Shown: positions 59,611 to 61,031 of the stretch, piece after piece
Numbering within the stretch: position 1 is the first letter of the stretch
Layout of the letters: each line of letters starts with the position of its first letter
NCBI GenBank assembly: GCA_016839815.1
Contig: JAEOTM010000099.1
Span: 1 to 61,031, forward strand
From: Candidatus Hodarchaeota archaeon
GTDB lineage: Archaea; Asgardarchaeota; Heimdallarchaeia; Hodarchaeales; Hodarchaeaceae
Direction of reading: 5' to 3'
DNA length: 61,031 bases
Position numbers and translations under genes: made by a program
The notes under the pieces: generated by a model
Database searches by the model: none
What the model was told of the DNA's origin: nothing
The model's input: the letters and a program-made list of their open reading frames with translations, nothing else

Positions 59611-61031
59611 TTACCCAAATAGATTGAGAATAGCTTCAACAGAAGTTCCTTCGACAATCATTAGGAATACTAATCCTAGCACCATCAATCCAATCCCTCC
59701 AAAGATGGGTAATGGTAATCCTGGAAGTGCGCGTTCTTCTTTTAAATATTGAAATGTGTAGTATGCTCCTCCCAGGAGACCAATCGTTGCCATAATCAAC
59801 GGTATTATGCTATATAATTCGGTACTAATAACTACAGCCGCACTGATAAACATACTAAAGAAAGCAAAGTCCCCCAATCCGATACTTATTAGGGGAGTTG
59901 AATAGACCGGTAATGCTGGCATGAGGGGTACTAGTTCCACTTCACTCATATCGATCTCTTCCTCCTCGATCTGATATTCCATATCCTTGGCATTTTCTCG
60001 GCTTTCATCGATTATTCCTTTGAGTGGTCCTCTGAAAACGGCATAGATGTCATATAATGATAATCCAATTAACACCAAAAACACTGTCAAAAGACCAAAG
60101 TGAATAGCTAGCATAGATCCTATCATTGGCCCAAAAAATATCATCATTAAGTTACGAACCCAAATTCTCTTGAACGACTTAACAGCAAATGAAACAGTGC
60201 CAATTATCCCAAGAAGAGCAGCAATGAGATACAAAAGGGCTTCAATTAATATTGGCCCCCCTGGAAATATTGGTGTTTCAAAGAGGAATAGAATAAAATT
60301 CTGTGCGAATGCTGGTATTCCCTCCCAGATGTCATTAAGTAAAATAATTAGTTGAGTCAGAATTATACTACCATAAAACAACCCAAAAGTAAACCAGCTT
60401 ATTCCCATAATAAAGGCATAGAAGTAAGATAGTAACATCATTAACCCTTTTTTAATGATGAAGAGCACGACAAAGCCACTAATCGTTATTATCGCGACAT
60501 AAAAAAGCGTTGTCATAATAGCCCCATATGCAATTCCACCTGTATCATCAGAACTTTCGGGAATAGGGGCAATGTTTGGAATCGCTGTACTAGAAATATC
60601 TATCGTGTCTATATTAATGTTAGTCGATATCCCTGTATTCGTAATATTAAATTTGTTTACTGATTTATCGATATCGAGATTTGTAATGTTTTTTTGAACC
60701 CATGAAGCTGTATCGCTTAAGGAATACGAGTTTATGCTTGTTGTGTCGTCTGTATAGGAAACGATAATTTCAAATGTGCTGTTATTTACATCCAAGACCC
60801 AAAATGTGAATGATGCTATGTCTTTTACAGGGATATTCTCAAGAGTTTGTGCAACATATCCACCAGGAGCTATTTCGGCAGAATTTGATCCATTTGCAGC
60901 TGGAGGACCAAAACTTACCGCGGATGTATTCCAACTTGAATGATCCTCCTCCTCAAACCCAAAATCTTGCACAACATTCTCCGTAACATTGGCATAAAAA
61001 TCAAGTGTAAGAACAGATAATAGGATTGTAA
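59611..61031 (-). CDS. Presenilin/A22 intramembrane aspartyl protease with large extracellular insertion (5' end off window)
   Basis: LSLYDIYAVFRGPL, IGLGDF, LPGLP; frame open to the window edge. Confidence 0.9.
   Translation of the reverse strand, partial: TILLSVLTLDFYANVTENVVQDFGFEEEDHSSWNTSAVSFGPPAANGSNSAEIAPGGYVAQTLENIPVKDIASFTFWVLDVNNSTFEIIVSYTDDTTSINSYSLSDTASWVQKNITNLDIDKSVNKFNITNTGISTNINIDTIDISSTAIPNIAPIPESSDDTGGIAYGAIMTTLFYVAIITISGFVVLFIIKKGLMMLLSYFYAFIMGISWFTFGLFYGSIILTQLIILLNDIWEGIPAFAQNFILFLFETPIFPGGPILIEALLYLIAALLGIIGTVSFAVKSFKRIWVRNLMMIFFGPMIGSMLAIHFGLLTVFLVLIGLSLYDIYAVFRGPLKGIIDESRENAKDMEYQIEEEEIDMSEVELVPLMPALPVYSTPLISIGLGDFAFFSMFISAAVVISTELYSIIPLIMATIGLLGGAYYTFQYLKEERALPGLPLPIFGGIGLMVLGLVFLMIVEGTSVEAILNLFG

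Noticed and set aside
1-61031. CRISPR arrays, transposases, integrases, inteins, stop-codon recoding; other short antisense ORFs in the track
   Set aside because: No spaced direct repeats or mobile-element genes seen. MCM and topoisomerase show no intein-sized insertions. All three stop codons end conserved genes. The short antisense ORFs are shadows of well-supported genes.

Overview
AT-rich archaeal chromosome segment, most consistent with an Asgard archaeon (Heimdallarchaeia-like). This assignment is an inference from archaeal core genes found together with two small GTPases, a eukaryote-like Top3, a presenilin-type protease and eukaryote-type mevalonate enzymes. Main blocks: a small GTPase locus; a replication cluster (cdc6, a possible oriC, gins23, mcm, hel308); an HDAC homologue; an Arf GTPase convergent with a proline-rich/WH2-like protein; a ribosome-biogenesis cluster (NOP2, Nip7, RNase P RNA, ABCE1, Tsr3); and rpl7ae-rps28e-rpl24e. 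A mevalonate cluster carries both the modified archaeal (Aeropyrum-type) and the classical (PMK+DMD) lower pathways. Further genes include pgk, top3, glmS, tRNA-Gly, an aRF1 with no canonical start codon, pyrH, rpp21, rtcA and rpl40e. One minus-strand run reads tRNA-Glu (two non-canonical introns), Lsm, rpl37e, then an unidentified ~195-nt structured RNA. A presenilin-like gene runs off the right end. No CRISPR array, rRNA or mobile element was seen.
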